A DNA stretch of 38,091 nucleotides, taken from Candidatus Lindowiibacteriota bacterium (GTDB taxonomy: Bacteria > Lindowbacteria > 2-12-FULL-62-27). The DNA is taken from assembly GCA_023249255.1 (NCBI GenBank), contig JAHFCY010000002.1, forward strand, positions 3,845-41,935, given 5' to 3'. The position numbers and the translations under genes were made by a program. Positions 35,491 to 38,091 of the stretch are shown here, piece by piece; within the stretch, counting starts at the first letter, position 1; the number at the start of each line of letters is the position of its first letter. Below the pieces are notes generated by a model, which had not been told where the DNA came from, ran no database searches, and worked only from the letters and a program-made list of their open reading frames with translations.

Positions 35491-36507
35491 GTGTCTGACT
35501 ACGTACACCGAGCCAAGATCATAGGCAATTGCTTGAGCATAGTAAAGAAGTCGGCCTATAAAAAAACGGCGCTCACAAAAGACGAATTATTAAAACTGAC
35601 CGAATCCTTTTTTTCTTCGATACGCCCGAATACGCAGCGAGGCTACAACAACGCAATCAGACAGTATTGCGAGTTTGTAGGAGTAAGAAGTCCGTCCGAA
35701 CTCATCCGCCTGCTGTTTCAAGTCGGCCCCGGGAAAGCTCATTGCATGTTTTTGGATTTCAGAAATCATTTGCAAAAAAAATGTCTGGCACCGGGTACCA
35801 TCAACAGCCACATCAGCGCTATTCGACAACTTGTGAATTTTGCCAACACGGTTGGAGTAATCAACTGGAAAGTATCCCTCAAGCGCCTGCCATATCAGTT
35901 GCTACGAGATACGCGAGGGCCTGGGCGGGAAGGCATGATCAAAATGCTTGCTGAAGCGGCCAAACTGCCCGGTCTAAAAGCAATTCGAGCAATAGCTCTT
36001 CTACGCGTCTTCTGGGACTTGGGATTTCGGAGGGGGGAGGTTGAGCATTTGGACGTATCGGACGTTGATCTTGATGACGGACATGTTTGGGTCCTCGGCA
36101 AGATGAGGACGCAGAAGGAGAAAGTAACCCTTCCGCCGGAAACCATCGAGGCACTCAAAGCATGGTTGGGTGATCGGCGATCTGGACCGCTTTTTATGAA
36201 CCTGGTGCGTGGTGCGTATCAGGGAAAACGGATGAGTGATGACAGTATCTACGCTCTGATCCGCGCACTGGGTAAGGCGTGCGGAATCAGAGTTCATCCG
36301 CACGGGATTAGGCATGCGGCGATAACGGATGTCCTCGATTTGACCAACGGAGACGTCCGGTCAGCTCAGAGATTTGCACGACATAAGACCTTGGACATGG
36401 TCCTGATATATGATGACAACCGAAAAGATATTGGCGGGGTTGCATCGAAGCTGATTGCTAGACACTTGCCCACGCCTCCCATTCCGCCGGCACCCACTCC
36501 GGCCTGA
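35491..36507 (+). CDS. Tyrosine recombinase/integrase (338 aa)
   Basis: GTG start with GAGGGAGG upstream. Catalytic pattern GFRRGEV (Arg I), HPHGIRHAA (H-x-x-R), and RHKTLDMVLIYDD (His/Tyr). Confidence 0.9.
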   Translation: MSDYVHRAKIIGNCLSIVKKSAYKKTALTKDELLKLTESFFSSIRPNTQRGYNNAIRQYCEFVGVRSPSELIRLLFQVGPGKAHCMFLDFRNHLQKKCLAPGTINSHISAIRQLVNFANTVGVINWKVSLKRLPYQLLRDTRGPGREGMIKMLAEAAKLPGLKAIRAIALLRVFWDLGFRRGEVEHLDVSDVDLDDGHVWVLGKMRTQKEKVTLPPETIEALKAWLGDRRSGPLFMNLVRGAYQGKRMSDDSIYALIRALGKACGIRVHPHGIRHAAITDVLDLTNGDVRSAQRFARHKTLDMVLIYDDNRKDIGGVASKLIARHLPTPPIPPAPTPA

Positions 36508-36603
36508 AACTCACGAATCAACTTAAAATCATGGGTATTGGTATTGGATTCCGCCCCCTTATATCCTTCGCCCGTCTACCGGCACCAGATGGCCGCCGGC
36601 CGC

Positions 36604-36631
36604 CGGCGACCGGTTCAGAGTGACCGGTCGC
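36604..36631. terminator. Perfect 10-bp GC-rich hairpin between convergent genes
   Basis: GGCGACCGGT-tcagagtg-ACCGGTCGCC. There is no U-run on either side, so intrinsic-terminator function is uncertain. Confidence 0.35.
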
Positions 36632-36662
36632 CTTAGGCGGCCAGATCGTCAGCCCTTTTCGA

Positions 36663-37022
36663 TCAATCCCCAGTCCAGTTCGGATCGAGGCCGGGCGGTT
36701 CGCCAAATGTTGTCAGCGTGTTCTTGGCCCACGCGTGATCGACCTTTGGCTTTCTCTTGGGCTTGGCCTGCTTGGAGGACTTCTTGGCCACGGCTGGCTT
36801 TTCGACGACTTTAGGACGAGCGGATGGATAATGTATCGCTTCATCTTTGCTACAAATGGCGCCGCCTAAATACATCCCACAATTCTTCGCGGATTTTCGG
36901 TGGCCGAATGCCGGCTTTGAAAGATCTCCACCTTTGAAGTAGATCATCATAGGTTCTTCGCACTGCGGGCATCTGGGAACTATGCACCGTTCCTCGGATA
37001 CTGCTTCCACGCCGTCGGCCAT
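36663..37022 (-). CDS. Small zinc-ribbon protein with a lysine-rich basic tail
   Basis: CPQCEEPMMIYFKG...NCGMYLGGAIC (C-x2-C ... C ... C), then AVAKKSSKQAKPKRKPK. The start overlaps the upstream stop (TAATG). Confidence 0.5.
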   Translation of the reverse strand: MADGVEAVSEERCIVPRCPQCEEPMMIYFKGGDLSKPAFGHRKSAKNCGMYLGGAICSKDEAIHYPSARPKVVEKPAVAKKSSKQAKPKRKPKVDHAWAKNTLTTFGEPPGLDPNWTGD

Positions 37023-37348
37023 TATTTCAACACCCCCGTTACGTTCAAGATTGCAATGACGCCCGCGAGGCAGGCGATGAAAAGTATAAACGCGAACAAT
37101 CCTCCAACCGTCGTGGGGCCGTAGTATGGCCTGAAGCCCACCTTGTATAGCGGCTGCGGTTGGGGTGCAGATCGATTGCCGCTGAAATTTCTTCGAGGCA
37201 TTTTGGAGAACACGGATGTCATGGAGTTGAGCAGGGATCCGATACGTTCAGATAGCAACGGTTTCTTTTCTGTCGGCCAGTCGGTCGGGTTGTAATGATA
37301 AGCGAGAGGCGGCCGTGTTTTCTTTTTGCTTTTGGATTTTCTGCTCAT
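37022..37348 (-). CDS. Hypothetical tail-anchored membrane protein
   Basis: Basic N-terminus MSRKSKSKKKTRPP. C-terminal TM segment LFAFILFIACLAGVIAILNV. ATGA overlap with the upstream gene. Confidence 0.5.
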   Translation of the reverse strand: MSRKSKSKKKTRPPLAYHYNPTDWPTEKKPLLSERIGSLLNSMTSVFSKMPRRNFSGNRSAPQPQPLYKVGFRPYYGPTTVGGLFAFILFIACLAGVIAILNVTGVLK

Positions 37349-37854
37349 TTGTAGAGATCAAGCCGCTCACGCTTGATTCGTCTGACGACCTCGAATGCCT
37401 CCGGGCTGTCCTGAATCGCGAGCGCCCGGCCGACTTCTTTTTTGGCGTCTTCCCACCGCCCGAGATCACACATGGCGGCGGCCCTCGACGTTAAAAGCGG
37501 GGGATTGCCTTTCGCCGTAAACTTCGCCGTCTCGTCGAGGGCACGCTGGGGTTCCCCCTTCGCGCGCAGGATGGAGCACAGCGTCGAGCGCGTATCGCTT
37601 CGCTCCGGGTCCTTCGCCATGACCTCCCAGATATGTTGTTCCGCGAGGTCATATTGCGCGGCAGTTCTCAAGCTGTTGATAAAGTGCAGCCGCTCGTCGG
37701 CGCTGAAGGTCGTCTGACCTTTGAACGCCTCGTCCAGCTTCAGGTTCAATGTTCCGCGAGTTTCAAGACGCGGTTCCTCGCCGCTGGTGTCATAGAACCG
37801 GGTCTCATCCCAGATATAGGTCTTGTTTTTGATTTCAAATTGCATTCTCGGCAT
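37345..37854 (-). CDS. TPR-like helical repeat protein (169 aa)
   Basis: Track ORF. Helical pairs such as AAQYDLAEQHIWEVMAKDP, LCSILRAKGEPQRALDETAKF and AAAMCDLGRWEDAKKEVGRALAI. Confidence 0.5.
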   Translation of the reverse strand: MPRMQFEIKNKTYIWDETRFYDTSGEEPRLETRGTLNLKLDEAFKGQTTFSADERLHFINSLRTAAQYDLAEQHIWEVMAKDPERSDTRSTLCSILRAKGEPQRALDETAKFTAKGNPPLLTSRAAAMCDLGRWEDAKKEVGRALAIQDSPEAFEVVRRIKRERLDLYK

Positions 37855-38091
37855 GACGACTCCGGGTGACGTTCAAGAAGCGTTCACCCAGAAAAAAAGG
37901 CGAACGTCCTGGAACTTTCTGTGACACCCGGCAAGGCGTACAGGGTTCCATAAAAGGACGCTCGCCCACGTGTGACCCGACTTTTTCAACTTGCAACATT
38001 TGAGCCCCGAGATCTGTTGACAAACTTGGCCTCACGCGGTTGAACTTCCCACTCTTCGTACAAGCCCCACTGCTGAAGCGCAAGCCGGACG

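Noticed and set aside
35130-35498. 122-aa plus-strand track ORF
   Set aside because: It runs antisense across the tRNA fragment and the AT-rich att-like spacer. It has no SD and no protein-like features.

Overview
This bacterial 38.1-kb window splits into two compositionally different parts. All domain calls come from reading motifs by eye, with no HMM or BLAST run, and IS and repeat boundaries are approximate.

Part 1 (1-24,451) is GC-rich and encodes cell-surface and motility genes.
- A giant adhesin-like ORF on the minus strand (1-16,695, at least 5,565 codons) runs off the left edge, so it is absent from the supplied ORF track.
- Two paralogous small secreted proteins sit directly upstream of it in the same orientation (16,692-17,418).
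- A flagellin follows, with a large central insert that looks vWA-like (17,700-19,217).
- Divergently transcribed is a 1,534-aa protein with two seven-bladed FG-GAP/VCBS propellers, each followed by an ASPIC/UnbV-like domain (19,847-24,451).

Part 2 (24,461-38,091) is visibly lower in GC and looks like an accessory or mobile region.
- Two divergent ~0.9-kb direct copies of a PadR-plus-unknown-gene cassette lie at ~26,055-26,915 and ~34,035-34,935. The first copy is frameshifted and truncated.
- These copies bracket a plus-strand gene string and an IS110-family insertion sequence with a structured 3' flank (candidate bridge RNA).
- To the right lie a 44-nt 5' fragment of tRNA-Arg(UCU), a tyrosine recombinase, and a three-gene minus-strand operon.

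The most unusual item is inside the bracketed segment: a canonical-looking FtsZ (27,920-29,338).
- Its normally terminal DIPSFLRR peptide is followed by an extra ~84-aa tail that resembles DUF5678.
- It overlaps by ATGA a retropepsin-like ORF whose catalytic DTG reads DTA.
- It is flanked by an unknown ORF ending 1 nt upstream, a membrane protein, a Cys/His-tailed protein and a split PIN-like protein.
- I consider this a candidate undescribed mobile-element module acting on cell division.

No CRISPR array, rRNA or intact tRNA was seen.
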